Made by a program: the position numbers and the translations under genes | The notes under the pieces: model-generated | Told to the model about the DNA's origin: nothing | Seen by the model: the letters and a program-made list of their open reading frames with translations, nothing else | The model's database searches: none | In this document: piece after piece, positions 1 to 9,489 of the stretch | Layout of the letters: each line of letters opens with the position of its first letter | Position numbering within the stretch: the first letter of the stretch is position 1 | DNA from: Clostridia bacterium | GTDB taxonomy: Bacteria; Bacillota; Clostridia; Oscillospirales; CAG-272 | Length of the DNA stretch: 64,000 nucleotides | Direction of reading: 5' to 3' | Assembly: GCA_017504205.1 (NCBI GenBank) | Contig: JAFVRO010000022.1 | Location: 35,292-99,291, forward strand

Positions 1-1247
1 CAGACCATAATCAGCTCACTATGGAGATTATGCAAAAAATCGCCAAAAAGCACGGCCTCGTCTGCCTGCTTGCCGAAAAGCCCTTTGAAGGTGTCAACGG
101 TTCCGGTAAGCATAATAACTGGTCTATCTCAACCAATACCGGCGTAAACCTATTCGAGCCGGGTGATACTCCCTATGAGAACGCACAGTTTCTGCTCTTC
201 CTTTGCGCAGTTATCAAAGCGGTGGATGAATACCAGGACCTTCTTCGCATGTCGGTTGCATCTGCGGGTAACGACCACAGACTCGGTGCAAACGAAGCCC
301 CTCCTGCGATCGTATCAATGTTTCTTGGAGCGGAGCTTAACGCCATTCTCGACGCAATAGAACAGGACGGAGAATACGGCACGAGAGAGAAGGAGCTGAT
401 GCGCGTAGGCGTACATACTCTTCCAAAGTTCCCGAAGGACAGTACAGATAGAAACAGAACATCCCCATTTGCCTTCACCGGTAATAAGTTTGAATTCCGA
501 ATGCTCGGATCGTCTGCCTCCATTTCTGACGCTAACGTAGTCATTAACACCGCAGTTGCGGAGGCACTCAAGCAGTATGCAGACGCTTTGGAAGGCGCAG
601 AAGACTTTGAGGCCGCTATTCATGAGCTGATAAAATCAACCATTAAAGAGCATAAGCGTATAATATTCAACGGTAACGGATATGATGAATCCTGGACTAA
701 GGAGGCGGCAGCCAGAGGATTGCTTAATCTTAAAAGTACTCCGGACGCAATTCCTTGCCTCCTCGATGAAAAAAATATACGTCTTTTTACCACGCATAAA
801 GTTTTTAGCGAAATCGAACTGCGCGCAAGGCATGAGATCATGCTCGAAAGCTACTGCAAGATCCTGCGCATTGAGGCTTTAACAATGCTTGATATGGCTA
901 AAAAGGATATCCTTCCGGCGATAAGCGCTTTCTCAAAGACCGTTGCAGAGTCGGGTGTGGCAAAAAAAGCGCTGGTTCCAAATGCCGACGTGACTTATGA
1001 AACCGAGACGGTATCGCAGATATCGCGCCTCAGTAGAGAGATGCTTGATACAATAAAATTGCTCGAAACGGATCTGGAGCACTCAGCAACGATCCCATGC
1101 GTCAAGGATAAGGCATTCTTCTATAAAGATGTTATTCTTACCGCCATGGCAAAACTGCGTGCCGCGGCTGACGAGCTTGAGACCGTCACTGATTCAAAAT
1201 ACTGGCCCTATCCGTCATACGGTGAGCTCCTCTTTGGGGTTAAATAA
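1..1247 (+). CDS. glnN: Glutamine synthetase type III, C-terminal part (5' end lies upstream of the window)
   Basis: Frame is open from the window edge. The motif KPFEGVNGSGKHNNWS and the long C-terminal region are typical of GSIII enzymes. Confidence 0.75.
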   Translation, partial: DHNQLTMEIMQKIAKKHGLVCLLAEKPFEGVNGSGKHNNWSISTNTGVNLFEPGDTPYENAQFLLFLCAVIKAVDEYQDLLRMSVASAGNDHRLGANEAPPAIVSMFLGAELNAILDAIEQDGEYGTREKELMRVGVHTLPKFPKDSTDRNRTSPFAFTGNKFEFRMLGSSASISDANVVINTAVAEALKQYADALEGAEDFEAAIHELIKSTIKEHKRIIFNGNGYDESWTKEAAARGLLNLKSTPDAIPCLLDEKNIRLFTTHKVFSEIELRARHEIMLESYCKILRIEALTMLDMAKKDILPAISAFSKTVAESGVAKKALVPNADVTYETETVSQISRLSREMLDTIKLLETDLEHSATIPCVKDKAFFYKDVILTAMAKLRAAADELETVTDSKYWPYPSYGELLFGVK

Positions 1248-1311
1248 TTAGATACTGTTGCGCGGTGCCTGTCGCATAATTACGGCGTAATATAAAAACA
1301 AGGAGAATTTC

Positions 1312-2328
1312 ATGGATCATACCAAAGATTATTTTTCCGTCAATACACTCGCTCCTGAGTGCGAGGAATACGTTACCGTGTTTTTTAAAAAGGTTGTTGG
1401 ATCTAAATCCGACGGATTTGCAGTGATCAACAACGGAAAGGTTTTTGTGATTGACGTCGGCACAAAAAACGACGTTGAACTGATCAGTTTTCTACTTGAT
1501 CTGCGCCGTAAATGGATCGGAGATAGTCTTGACCCAAATGACGTCACTGCAAAGCTTGAGCTTACAGTGATCATATCGCACGCACACCCCGACCATATGG
1601 GAGCACTCCCCCTTCTTATAGACGACGAACGCTTTTGCATAACGAAGCTTTATGCTCCGGAGCGCTCATGTTTGAGTTATGACGTGCCCGGAATGCTCCT
1701 TCCTCTTGCAAGATACGAAAACAGATTCGACAGTATTTGTGAGGAGCTTCCGAAAAAAGGCCACACGGCAAACGGTATTACGCGGATACCTTACGGCATG
1801 CCTTACTTTGTTTCGTCGGAAGGCGAAGACTTCGTCTTGAAAATATATCCTTCGCATATCGATTGGTCAGAGGACCGTCATTCTGATAAAGAGGGTCTTC
1901 GTTTTATCCTCTCCAATAATTCGCCCACCTATAAGGACCATCCTGAAAACGGTTACACAAACGGGATTCTCAACGGAAATTCGCTTTGGGTCAAGGTGGT
2001 AAAGGGACCTCATTCCGTGCTTATCACAGGAGACCAAAGATCCTCCGATGAAATGCTTGGCTCCATGATCCGCTACTACGGCGAGTATGAATTCGTTTGC
2101 GACGTACTAAAAATACCGCATCACGGCGAAAAGAACTACTCACCGTACCTACTCAGCGTGGCAAACCCCAAATTTACCGTGTTTACCACGTCTATTGAAA
2201 ATGCAACCCCCGATACGGTCAAGCTCTGTGAGAAAATGGGATGCGTCAATTACTACACTCGCGATGGAGATCTGCTCCTCCGTATAGGTCAAAAAGAGAT
2301 CGAGGCCTTCGGCGTCGAACCCCGTTAA
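1312..2328 (+). CDS. MBL-fold metallo-hydrolase
   Basis: HAHPDHMGAL (HxHxDH) motif and a distal PHHGE motif. RBS aaggag lies upstream of the ATG. Confidence 0.7.
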   Translation: MDHTKDYFSVNTLAPECEEYVTVFFKKVVGSKSDGFAVINNGKVFVIDVGTKNDVELISFLLDLRRKWIGDSLDPNDVTAKLELTVIISHAHPDHMGALPLLIDDERFCITKLYAPERSCLSYDVPGMLLPLARYENRFDSICEELPKKGHTANGITRIPYGMPYFVSSEGEDFVLKIYPSHIDWSEDRHSDKEGLRFILSNNSPTYKDHPENGYTNGILNGNSLWVKVVKGPHSVLITGDQRSSDEMLGSMIRYYGEYEFVCDVLKIPHHGEKNYSPYLLSVANPKFTVFTTSIENATPDTVKLCEKMGCVNYYTRDGDLLLRIGQKEIEAFGVEPR

Positions 2329-2367
2329 CCGAAGAAAGTTGACAGAATTTTTTCACATAAAATATAA

Positions 2368-2407
2368 ATCAGCAGTAAATCGTACTTCAGTTTACTGCTG
2401 ATTTTTG
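2368..2407. terminator. Hairpin terminator between convergent genes
   Basis: atcagcagtaaa / tttactgctgat 12-bp stem followed by TTTT. An A/T-rich run on the other side could serve the minus-strand gene. Confidence 0.6.
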
Positions 2408-2485
2408 GCGTTGTTTTGAATCCGCGCCTTTTAAACTGCTTTTTGCCTGTCCTCAGAAAATCACGTTTTGCTTGACAGAATGCAA

Positions 2486-3160
2486 TTACAATACCCCAAA
2501 CAGAATAAACCCAACGGTATTAATCGCAAAATTAGCAAACATATGAACGAACCATGACGGATATATATTATCATTTAACTCGTTAAGATAATTAAAAATG
2601 CATCCGCCAATAATCAACCCTGAAAGCAGTAAAATTATCATACCCGGATTGAACATCTCTATCAGCATCCCAACGTGATAGACGGCAAACAAAACGGAGC
2701 TGAATATATAAGCAATCCCTCTCGTTGTGTACTTTTTCAATGTGATAAAGCCGTAGCCCCTGAAAAAGAATTCCTCAAGAAATGAATTCATCAGTGAAAT
2801 GTATAAGGATACATAGATAAAATTATCAGCCGTGATCCCCATGCCGTCAGTCAGCGCGGATGTGACGTTGGAGTAATCAAATAAATTTCTCGTCAGAAAA
2901 TAACCGCACAAAATGACTGCATATACCCCGATGCCGAGCAGTAATGCTTTGCATATTCCACTCCACTTGAAAAGAAATAATGATTTAAAGTCCTTGATTG
3001 CATCTCTGTTCCTGATAATAAACAGTATCGGCAGAGCAAGAAAGAAAATTATTTTGATCGGTACCTTGACGAAATAACTCGGACGTACAAAGGCGTCGAT
3101 CAAAGTGACCGAAATGGAGAATATAAAAACCGATATCATAATTGCTGCTTTTCTGTTCAT
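2486..3160 (-). CDS. CPBP family intramembrane glutamic endopeptidase (CAAX protease-like)
   Basis: Multi-TM protein with EEFFFRGYGF and FAVYH motifs. Confidence 0.75.
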   Translation of the reverse strand: MNRKAAIMISVFIFSISVTLIDAFVRPSYFVKVPIKIIFFLALPILFIIRNRDAIKDFKSLFLFKWSGICKALLLGIGVYAVILCGYFLTRNLFDYSNVTSALTDGMGITADNFIYVSLYISLMNSFLEEFFFRGYGFITLKKYTTRGIAYIFSSVLFAVYHVGMLIEMFNPGMIILLLSGLIIGGCIFNYLNELNDNIYPSWFVHMFANFAINTVGFILFGVL

Positions 3161-3177
3161 GGTACATCCTCCGTGCG

Positions 3178-3894
3178 TCAGACCGCCTTTGATCCTGCTG
3201 CGCGTGAAAGCGCATCAAAGCCCTCTTGGATAGCTTCGTTTATTATCTTCTGTCCTTGCTCATTTGGGTGAATTCCGTCTACGCAGATAAGCTCTTCAAT
3301 GCGGCGATGCGAAAGGAAGGCATCACGAAGGTTTATAAGCGGAGTTCCCGTGTCTCTTGAGATCTCCTCGATTCTGCGAGAATACGTCTCCTGGTATCTG
3401 TATATCGCATTTTCATCGCCAAGCCATTCAAGAATACTGTCACGGGATAATCCGTCGCGACATATCCATCTAAGATACCTGGAGGCCGATACGGGCGGAA
3501 GGTTTGCCATTACGGGTTTGATTCCTTCTGAACGAAGATAGCTTATCAGCTCATAATAGGAACATGTAAATTTGTCAAGCGGAGTGAAGGGAAGATGCTC
3601 GTCCCTCGGAGATGCCGCAACCGCCTTCCAGTTGAAATCACAGTCGTTTCCGCCGTACTCAAGAAAAATGTAATCGTATTTTGCCCCCTCGTCGATTCTC
3701 CTTTTTATCATTGCAACACCCTTGTCAATGGTGCAGCCGACTCGTGAAAAATTTTGTATCTCAATGGAGTACCTGTCAGCAAGCTCGGGTATTCTCAAAC
3801 CGTCCGACAAAATGTATCTCTCCCTTGACGGACTGAATACCAGCCCCTTCATTATCGAATCTCCAAATATTGACAGTATCTTTTTTGCGTACAT
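3178..3894 (-). CDS. SGNH/GDSL hydrolase family protein
   Basis: N-terminal FGDSIMKG (GDS block), GGNDC block and DGIHPN block. Confidence 0.75.
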   Translation of the reverse strand: MYAKKILSIFGDSIMKGLVFSPSRERYILSDGLRIPELADRYSIEIQNFSRVGCTIDKGVAMIKRRIDEGAKYDYIFLEYGGNDCDFNWKAVAASPRDEHLPFTPLDKFTCSYYELISYLRSEGIKPVMANLPPVSASRYLRWICRDGLSRDSILEWLGDENAIYRYQETYSRRIEEISRDTGTPLINLRDAFLSHRRIEELICVDGIHPNEQGQKIINEAIQEGFDALSRAAGSKAV

Positions 3895-4176
3895 GTCGCA
3901 CCTCCGTAAGTATTTTTGCTCTGTGATTACTGATACACAGGAGCCCTATCTGCTATTATTGTACCACGGAACGCACAAAAAATCACCCTACTGTTTAGTT
4001 ACACGATTATACTATTAAGAATTCATAAAATAGAAAAAATATTCTTGACAATAGAGCCAAAAATCCGTATAATAGAGCATATCACAGTAATTCTACCGCC
4101 AATAGACCTAATTTTGAGCCTTTGAATGCGATTTCTACGCACAGTAGATACGCATATGACGGAGAAAGGAGTCGAA

Positions 4177-4848
4177 ATGGAAGAAAACTTGCTTAAAACT
4201 AACGTAGCAAACAACCTCGTAAAATACAGAAAAGCCTGCGGAATGACGCAGGCGGAGCTGGCAGAAAGAATAAACTATTCAGATAAATCAATATCAAAAT
4301 GGGAAAGAGGAGACGGAGTTCCCGATGTTTTTGTGCTCTGCAGTATTGCTGAACTTTTTGGAATAACCGTAAACGAGCTTGTCTACGCGCCGGGTGACCC
4401 CACCGCTAACGCCTCTCCTATATCCGCCGAAAAGGTAAAAAAGGGAAAACTGAAAAGGCGCGCGGTTGTTACCATGCTTGCATGCGGCGTTGTCTGGCTT
4501 GTCGCCGCAATAACTTTCGTGCTGACTTTGATGCTTGGTGACGGCTTTACCGCTTCAAAAGCATGGCTCTCATTTATTTATGCAATCCCGGTGTGCGCAA
4601 TAGTTTTTCTCGTGCTTGCTGCCCTGTGGTTTGGCCGTCACGCAAGCTTTTGCGCCGTTAGCGCACTTACCTGGTCTCTTGCGCTCGCCACTCATCTTTC
4701 TCTTACTACCTTCGCAGCGAATAGCGTGAATTATACATACCTGATTTACATAATAGCCGCAGTCTTTCAGCTCCTCGTTGTGCTTTGGTATATTCTGCGC
4801 TCGTTTCCGAAATTCGATAAACTATTCGTAAAAACAACAGATAAATAA
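4177..4848 (+). CDS. XRE-family helix-turn-helix regulator with C-terminal transmembrane domain
   Basis: HTH segment CGMTQAELAERINYSDKSISKWERG followed by about 4 hydrophobic helices. Start moved to the ATG at 4177 behind RBS aaaggag. A consensus promoter lies at about 4044-4072. Confidence 0.7.
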   Translation: MEENLLKTNVANNLVKYRKACGMTQAELAERINYSDKSISKWERGDGVPDVFVLCSIAELFGITVNELVYAPGDPTANASPISAEKVKKGKLKRRAVVTMLACGVVWLVAAITFVLTLMLGDGFTASKAWLSFIYAIPVCAIVFLVLAALWFGRHASFCAVSALTWSLALATHLSLTTFAANSVNYTYLIYIIAAVFQLLVVLWYILRSFPKFDKLFVKTTDK

Positions 4849-4880
4849 TCTTGCCGTCTTCATCGGAAAGCAAATAAATC

Positions 4881-4914
4881 AATAAGGAGTATCCGAGAAA
4901 AGATACTCCTTATT
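4881..4914 (-). terminator. Hairpin terminator downstream of secG
   Basis: aataaggagtatc / gatactccttatt 13-bp stem. A U-rich tract follows on the minus-strand transcript. Confidence 0.5.
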
Positions 4915-4952
4915 GCTTACGATATTGTGTATTCAATAGCAATATTTAAAGC

Positions 4953-5195
4953 TTATGAAACAACGATGTACATAACAATGATGAGAACTGCAAAAACGAT
5001 GGAAAGAATAGCCGTAAGCTTTGTGAGCATTGCATCAGTCTTTCCGGACTTATTTTTGGAAAGGAAGGAATCCGAACCGCCGGCAATAGCACCGGAAAGC
5101 TTCTTGTCCTTGCCGGATTGCATCATAACGAGAACTGTCAGAACTACTGCAAGTACGATAATAAGGATACCTATAATAATCTCAAAAGGGTTCAT
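4953..5195 (-). CDS. secG: Preprotein translocase subunit SecG
   Basis: About 80 aa with two TM helices and a central MQSGKDKKLSGAIAGG loop typical of SecG. Start trimmed to MNPFEII. Confidence 0.75.
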   Translation of the reverse strand: MNPFEIIIGILIIVLAVVLTVLVMMQSGKDKKLSGAIAGGSDSFLSKNKSGKTDAMLTKLTAILSIVFAVLIIVMYIVVS

Positions 5196-5368
5196 TTTAT
5201 AATCCTCCATTTTAATAACTGAATTACGGAATATTGCCAAGCGGCATAACTATCGAATATTTTACCACAATACCGATCAAAATGCAATAGGTTTTTTTGA
5301 AAAAATAAAAAAATATCCTGAGAATTAGCACATTTTTTTGAAAAAAACTAAAAAATTCTAAAAAGCTC

Positions 5369-5397
5369 TTGACAAAATCATTGGCATATGTTAAAAT
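5369..5397 (+). promoter_or_regulatory. Sigma-A type promoter for tRNA-Ser
   Basis: TTGACA, 17 nt, TAAAAT, about 20 nt upstream of the tRNA 5' end. Confidence 0.6.
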
Positions 5398-5417
5398 AAT
5401 CAGGTCATCGAGCGTAT

Positions 5418-5503
5418 GGAGAGATATCGAAGTGGTCATAACGAGACGGTCTTGAACTCCGTTCATCCGCAAGGATGCGTGGGTTCGAATCCCACTCTCT
5501 CCG
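5418..5503 (+). tRNA. tRNA-Ser (anticodon UGA)
   Basis: Cloverleaf read by eye: acceptor GGAGAGA/TCTCTCC, anticodon loop CTTGAAC, long variable arm, T-arm GTGGGTTCGAATCCCAC. No encoded CCA. Confidence 0.9.
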
Positions 5504-5517
5504 TTTTCTGATGTCGT

Positions 5518-5552
5518 AGGCTATTGCGCTTCGGTGCAATAGCCTGTTTTTA
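5518..5552 (+). terminator. Rho-independent terminator after tRNA-Ser
   Basis: aggctattgc / gcaatagcct stem capped by a ttcg loop, then GTTTTTA. Confidence 0.75.
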
Positions 5553-5579
5553 TTTACACAGATAATATGGAAGTGCTTT

Positions 5580-6761
5580 ATGGTAAGATTGTTTGCAAGC
5601 AAAAGAGGAATAACGGAAGAGCTCCTCAATATAGTGATGCTCGTCGTCGTCGCACTCGCAGTGATTTCGATCACACTGTGTATTTTTGTTATAGGACGAT
5701 CTATGCCCTCCGATACTCCTGAAGATTCCGACCCCGTTGCGGATTTTCCTTCGTCGGAAAGCACCGACCCCTCCGTTGAATTCCCCGAAGATTCAACCAC
5801 CGTAACTGACGAACCTGAGTCAGATACCGTTGCCATAACCGATACCGATACCGATACCGAACCATCCTCGGAATCTGATAAGCCTACCGAGCCACCTACG
5901 GAGAGCGAGACGGAGCCCACTGCTCCTCCAATGCCGGAATCATTCGTGCCGGTTACCCCGGATAATGTGTCTGTCATAAGCGCCAACGCCATATATTCCG
6001 ATCACGCAATACTCGTTGAGTGTTCTACCAATAAGGTTTTGGCACAACGGCTTGCTGATTATAGAATATATCCTGCTTCAATGACCAAAATAATGACGAT
6101 AATTGTTGCCTGTGAGCAAATTAAGGATCTTGACGCACGCCTGACTATACCGTCTGCAATAATAACTCAATGCCGCGCCGAGGGGGCATCCGTTGCAGGA
6201 TTTACCGCAGGACAGTCTGTTACCGCGCGTGATATGCTGTACGGAGCCGCTCTTCCATCCGGAGCTGATGCAACATTCGGCCTTGCAATGCTCGTGACGG
6301 GCAAAACGGATATTTTTGAGGCAGAGTCTGAATTTGCAAAGCTTATGAACCAAAAGGCAAAAGACCTTGGAATGACAAAGACCACCTTTGTGAACGCAAG
6401 CGGCTTGCACAATGATAACCACGCCTCAACCGTCAGAGATGTAGCAACGATGATGAACTACGCAATGCACGTCCCACTTGTAAAGCAAATACTTTCAACG
6501 GTTCAATACACTACATCATACGGTAAAACTCTCACAAGCTCTGTGTTTTCGAAAACGTCTTACGCTCACCAGACGTATTCTAACGGTGTTACTATGGTTG
6601 CAGGAAAATCGGGATTTACCTATCATGCGATGTATTGTCTTGCCTCTTATCACGAAGCTGAAAATGGTAAAGGCTACGTTCTTGTTACCGCCCTCTCATA
6701 TCAGAATTCTTATCAACCAATATCCGATGCGAAATATATCGTTGAAAACTATATAAAATAA
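5580..6761 (+). CDS. D-alanyl-D-alanine carboxypeptidase (peptidase S11, serine-type) with low-complexity N-terminal linker
   Basis: N-terminal TM anchor, a D/T/E/P/S-rich linker, the SMTK (SxxK) active-site motif in PASMTKIMT, and a later SGL(H)N region. Confidence 0.75.
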   Translation: MVRLFASKRGITEELLNIVMLVVVALAVISITLCIFVIGRSMPSDTPEDSDPVADFPSSESTDPSVEFPEDSTTVTDEPESDTVAITDTDTDTEPSSESDKPTEPPTESETEPTAPPMPESFVPVTPDNVSVISANAIYSDHAILVECSTNKVLAQRLADYRIYPASMTKIMTIIVACEQIKDLDARLTIPSAIITQCRAEGASVAGFTAGQSVTARDMLYGAALPSGADATFGLAMLVTGKTDIFEAESEFAKLMNQKAKDLGMTKTTFVNASGLHNDNHASTVRDVATMMNYAMHVPLVKQILSTVQYTTSYGKTLTSSVFSKTSYAHQTYSNGVTMVAGKSGFTYHAMYCLASYHEAENGKGYVLVTALSYQNSYQPISDAKYIVENYIK

Positions 6762-6840
6762 CAGAATATAACAGAATATAGTAAATACGGCTGTCCCGAT
6801 CGCTTGGGGCAGCCGCTACTGTATCTGCTATATCAGTGAT

Positions 6841-6880
6841 AAAGAAAAAGAAGATCTCCGTTTTTTAACGAAGATCTTCT
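6841..6880 (-). terminator. Rho-independent terminator downstream of the tRNA-Met/tRNA-Glu pair
   Basis: agaagatctccg / cgaagatcttct stem. The plus-strand A-run at 6841-6849 gives a U-tract on the minus transcript. Confidence 0.65.
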
Positions 6881-6881
6881 A

Positions 6882-6953
6882 TGATCTGTAGGGGAATCGA
6901 ACCCCTGTTACCGCCGTGAAAGGGCGGTGTCTTAGCCGCTTGACCAACAGACC
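6882..6953 (-). tRNA. tRNA-Glu (anticodon UUC)
   Basis: Reverse complement GGTCTGTTGGTCAAGCGGCTAAGACACCGCCCTTTCACGGCGGTAACAGGGGTTCGATTCCCCTACAGATCA folds as a cloverleaf with anticodon loop CTTTCAC. Confidence 0.9.
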
Positions 6954-6956
6954 AAA

Positions 6957-7033
6957 TGGTAGCGGAAGTTGGACTTGAACCCACGACCTATCGGGTATGA
7001 ACCGATTGCTCTAGCCAACTGAGCTATTCCGCC
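6957..7033 (-). tRNA. tRNA-Met (anticodon CAU, elongator type; tRNA-Ile2 with lysidine cannot be excluded)
   Basis: Reverse complement GGCGGAATAGCTCAGTTGGCTAGAGCAATCGGTTCATACCCGAT...CCGCTACCA has anticodon loop TTCATAC and an encoded CCA. Confidence 0.85.
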
Positions 7034-7055
7034 ATCGCCCATAAAGGACTTCGTT

Positions 7056-7084
7056 ATTATATCACAATAAAACTGTATTGTCAA
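7056..7084 (-). promoter_or_regulatory. Sigma-A type promoter for the tRNA-Met/tRNA-Glu unit
   Basis: Minus strand reads TTGACA, 17 nt, TATAAT, about 20 nt upstream of the tRNA-Met 5' end. Confidence 0.6.
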
Positions 7085-7224
7085 TAGCTTTTTTCAAAAA
7101 AATCAAAAAAGTTGCATATTTTTTTGATGTGTTATATTGAATTTCTCAATCGGTGAAAAAACGCCCAAATATACTCATTTCCCTCATATCACAACACAAA
7201 AAATGACGAAACTTCACACACATC

Positions 7225-7253
7225 TTGACACATCTTTTGGTGTGTGATATAAT
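7225..7253 (+). promoter_or_regulatory. nadABC promoter (consensus -35/-10) embedded in an inverted repeat
   Basis: TTGACA (7225-7230), 17 nt, TATAAT (7248-7253). TCACACAC (7214-7221) and GTGTGTGA (7240-7247) bracket the -35 and the spacer. Confidence 0.65.
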
Positions 7254-7292
7254 ATGGTAAATATACTTTCATTTATACATATAGAGGTTATA

Positions 7293-8204
7293 ATGAAAAC
7301 TGATATTCAATCAAAGATTTTAAAACTTAAGAAGGAAAAAAACGCAGTTATACTGGCGCACTATTACACTCCGGATGAGGTTCAGGCTATAGCTGACTTC
7401 GTGGGGGATTCATTCTATCTTGCCAAAATTGCCAAGCAAAGCCAGGCAGATATCATCGTATTTTGCGGCGTATCCTTTATGGGAGAAAGCGCAAAAATTC
7501 TCAACCCCACAAAAAAGGTATTAATGCCCGACATCACGGCGGATTGCGCTATGGCACATATGGCATCACCTGATAGAATAGCAGAGCTTCGTGCAATATA
7601 TCCTGACCTTGCCGTAGTTTGCTATATCAATTCAACCGCCGCACTTAAATCAATGAGCGATGTGTGCGTAACCTCATCAAACGCAGTAAAAATCGTAAAC
7701 GCTCTGCCAAATCAAAATATTTTCTTTATTCCCGATAAGAACCTTGGCGCGTTCGTTGCAGCTAAAGTGCCTTCGAAAAATGTTATACTGAACGACGGTT
7801 GTTGTCCGATACATGCAAAAATGTCATTCGAGGAGGTAATCAAAGAAAAAAAACTGCACCCGACGGCTCTCGTGCTTACACACCCGGAATGTGAGAGCGA
7901 AATAGTCGAAATATCCGATTACGTCGGAAGCACCGCAGATATAATCAAGTACGCTTCTGCAAGTGATTGCTGCGAATTCATCATCTGCACAGAAGAAGGC
8001 GTAAACTATAAGCTTGTAACCGAAAACCCCGGAAAGCGGTTTTATTTTCCCAGCACACGCCCATGTTGTAAGGATATGAAACTGAATACACTTGAAGCCT
8101 TACTTGAGGTGCTGACCACGGAAAAAAATGAAATAACCGTAAGCGAAGAGCTTTGCCGCAGTGCAAGCATTCCACTCGATAGAATGCTTGAGCTTGCAAA
8201 ATGA
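7293..8204 (+). CDS. nadA: Quinolinate synthase
   Basis: About 300 aa with ILAHYYTPDEVQ, FCGVSFMGESAKIL and THPEC blocks. First gene of a nadA-nadB-nadC cluster. Start trimmed to MKTDIQ. Confidence 0.9.
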   Translation: MKTDIQSKILKLKKEKNAVILAHYYTPDEVQAIADFVGDSFYLAKIAKQSQADIIVFCGVSFMGESAKILNPTKKVLMPDITADCAMAHMASPDRIAELRAIYPDLAVVCYINSTAALKSMSDVCVTSSNAVKIVNALPNQNIFFIPDKNLGAFVAAKVPSKNVILNDGCCPIHAKMSFEEVIKEKKLHPTALVLTHPECESEIVEISDYVGSTADIIKYASASDCCEFIICTEEGVNYKLVTENPGKRFYFPSTRPCCKDMKLNTLEALLEVLTTEKNEITVSEELCRSASIPLDRMLELAK

Positions 8205-8214
8205 GGATGAAAAT

Positions 8215-9489
8215 ATGAAAGCAGACATATTAATAGTAGGCTGCGGTGTCGCCGGCCTTTACTGTGCGCTTAATTTACCGCAGGACAAAAATATTATTAT
8301 TGTAACAAAAGCCGAAGCCCCAAAGAGTGATTCATTCCTTGCACAGGGGGGCATCTGCGTGCTTCGTGATGCTCAGGACTACGATTCTTTCTATGAGGAT
8401 ACCATGAAGGCCGGTCACTACGAAAACAACCCCGACTCCGTGGATATTATGATCAACTCATCAAGAGAGGTCATCGAGGATCTCGTCGCATGCGGTGTCC
8501 GCTTTGAAAAAAACGGCAAAGAATTTATATATACGCGCGAGGGCGCACATTCCAAGCCCCGTATCCTGTTCCACGAGGACGAAACGGGTAAGGAGATTAC
8601 ATCTCACTTGCTTGAGTGCGTACGTCAGAAAAGCAATATCCAAATAATCGAGTATTACACAATGGTGGATCTTGTGTGCAGTGACGGCGAATGCCGCGGA
8701 ATAATCGGACACAACGTAAGCGGGGAATACTCCGCAATACTTGCGGATTATACCGTTCTTGCTACCGGCGGCATAGGAGGGCTTTTCAAACACTCTACCA
8801 ACTACCGTCATCTGACGGGAGACGCGCTTGCGCTTGCACTTGAATACGGAATCAAGCTTCAGCATATTGACTACATACAAATACACCCAACCACGCTGTA
8901 TTCTCAGAAAAGCGGTAGGGAATTTCTGATATCCGAATCGGTCAGAGGCGAGGGCGCAATATTGCTCAATTCAAAGGGCGAGAGATTTGTCAACGAATTG
9001 CTCCCGAGGGATGTTGTCGCAAATGCAATTTACGCCGAGATGAAGAAAGAGGAAAGCGAGCATGTATGGCTCTCGATGGCGCCTATTCCCGAGGACGAGA
9101 TCAAAAGCCATTTCCCGAACATCTATCGCCATTGTCTCGAAGAGGGCTACGACGTAACAAAAGAACCCATCCCCGTCGTTCCGTCCCAGCACTATTTTAT
9201 GGGTGGCATCGACGTGGACCGATATAGCCGAACTTCTATGCCGAGGCTTTACGCCGTAGGTGAGACTGCCTGCAACGGCGTTCACGGAAAAAACCGACTT
9301 GCAAGTAACTCCTTGCTTGAAAGTCTCGTATTTGCCAAACGCTCAGCTCTGCACATAGTAAGCAATTATACCGCTGCGGATACAGATACCGCCGTTATAA
9401 TAGATCCCCAAAAATATACAGACTATAAAGCAAAATACAAGGCCGCAGTTCTGGCGGCAATAGAAAAGGAGAGACAAAGCCATGAATGA
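8215..9489 (+). CDS. nadB: L-aspartate oxidase
   Basis: N-terminal FAD fold DILIVGCGVAGL and flavoprotein blocks AQGGI and RLYAVGETACNGVHGKNRLASNSL. Start at the ATG at 8215, after the nadA stop. Confidence 0.9.
   Translation: MKADILIVGCGVAGLYCALNLPQDKNIIIVTKAEAPKSDSFLAQGGICVLRDAQDYDSFYEDTMKAGHYENNPDSVDIMINSSREVIEDLVACGVRFEKNGKEFIYTREGAHSKPRILFHEDETGKEITSHLLECVRQKSNIQIIEYYTMVDLVCSDGECRGIIGHNVSGEYSAILADYTVLATGGIGGLFKHSTNYRHLTGDALALALEYGIKLQHIDYIQIHPTTLYSQKSGREFLISESVRGEGAILLNSKGERFVNELLPRDVVANAIYAEMKKEESEHVWLSMAPIPEDEIKSHFPNIYRHCLEEGYDVTKEPIPVVPSQHYFMGGIDVDRYSRTSMPRLYAVGETACNGVHGKNRLASNSLLESLVFAKRSALHIVSNYTAADTDTAVIIDPQKYTDYKAKYKAAVLAAIEKERQSHE

Noticed and set aside
5405-5992. 195-aa minus-strand ORF rich in S/G/V/T.
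   Set aside because: It overlaps tRNA-Ser, its terminator and the antisense of the low-complexity linker of the carboxypeptidase gene. There is no RBS and the composition is an artefact of the repeat.
7254-7292. NAD+ riboswitch or a longer NadA N-terminus upstream of nadA.
   Set aside because: The predicted transcription start leaves only about 35 nt of leader, too short for a riboswitch. The extra 13 codons of the track ORF overlap the -10 element.
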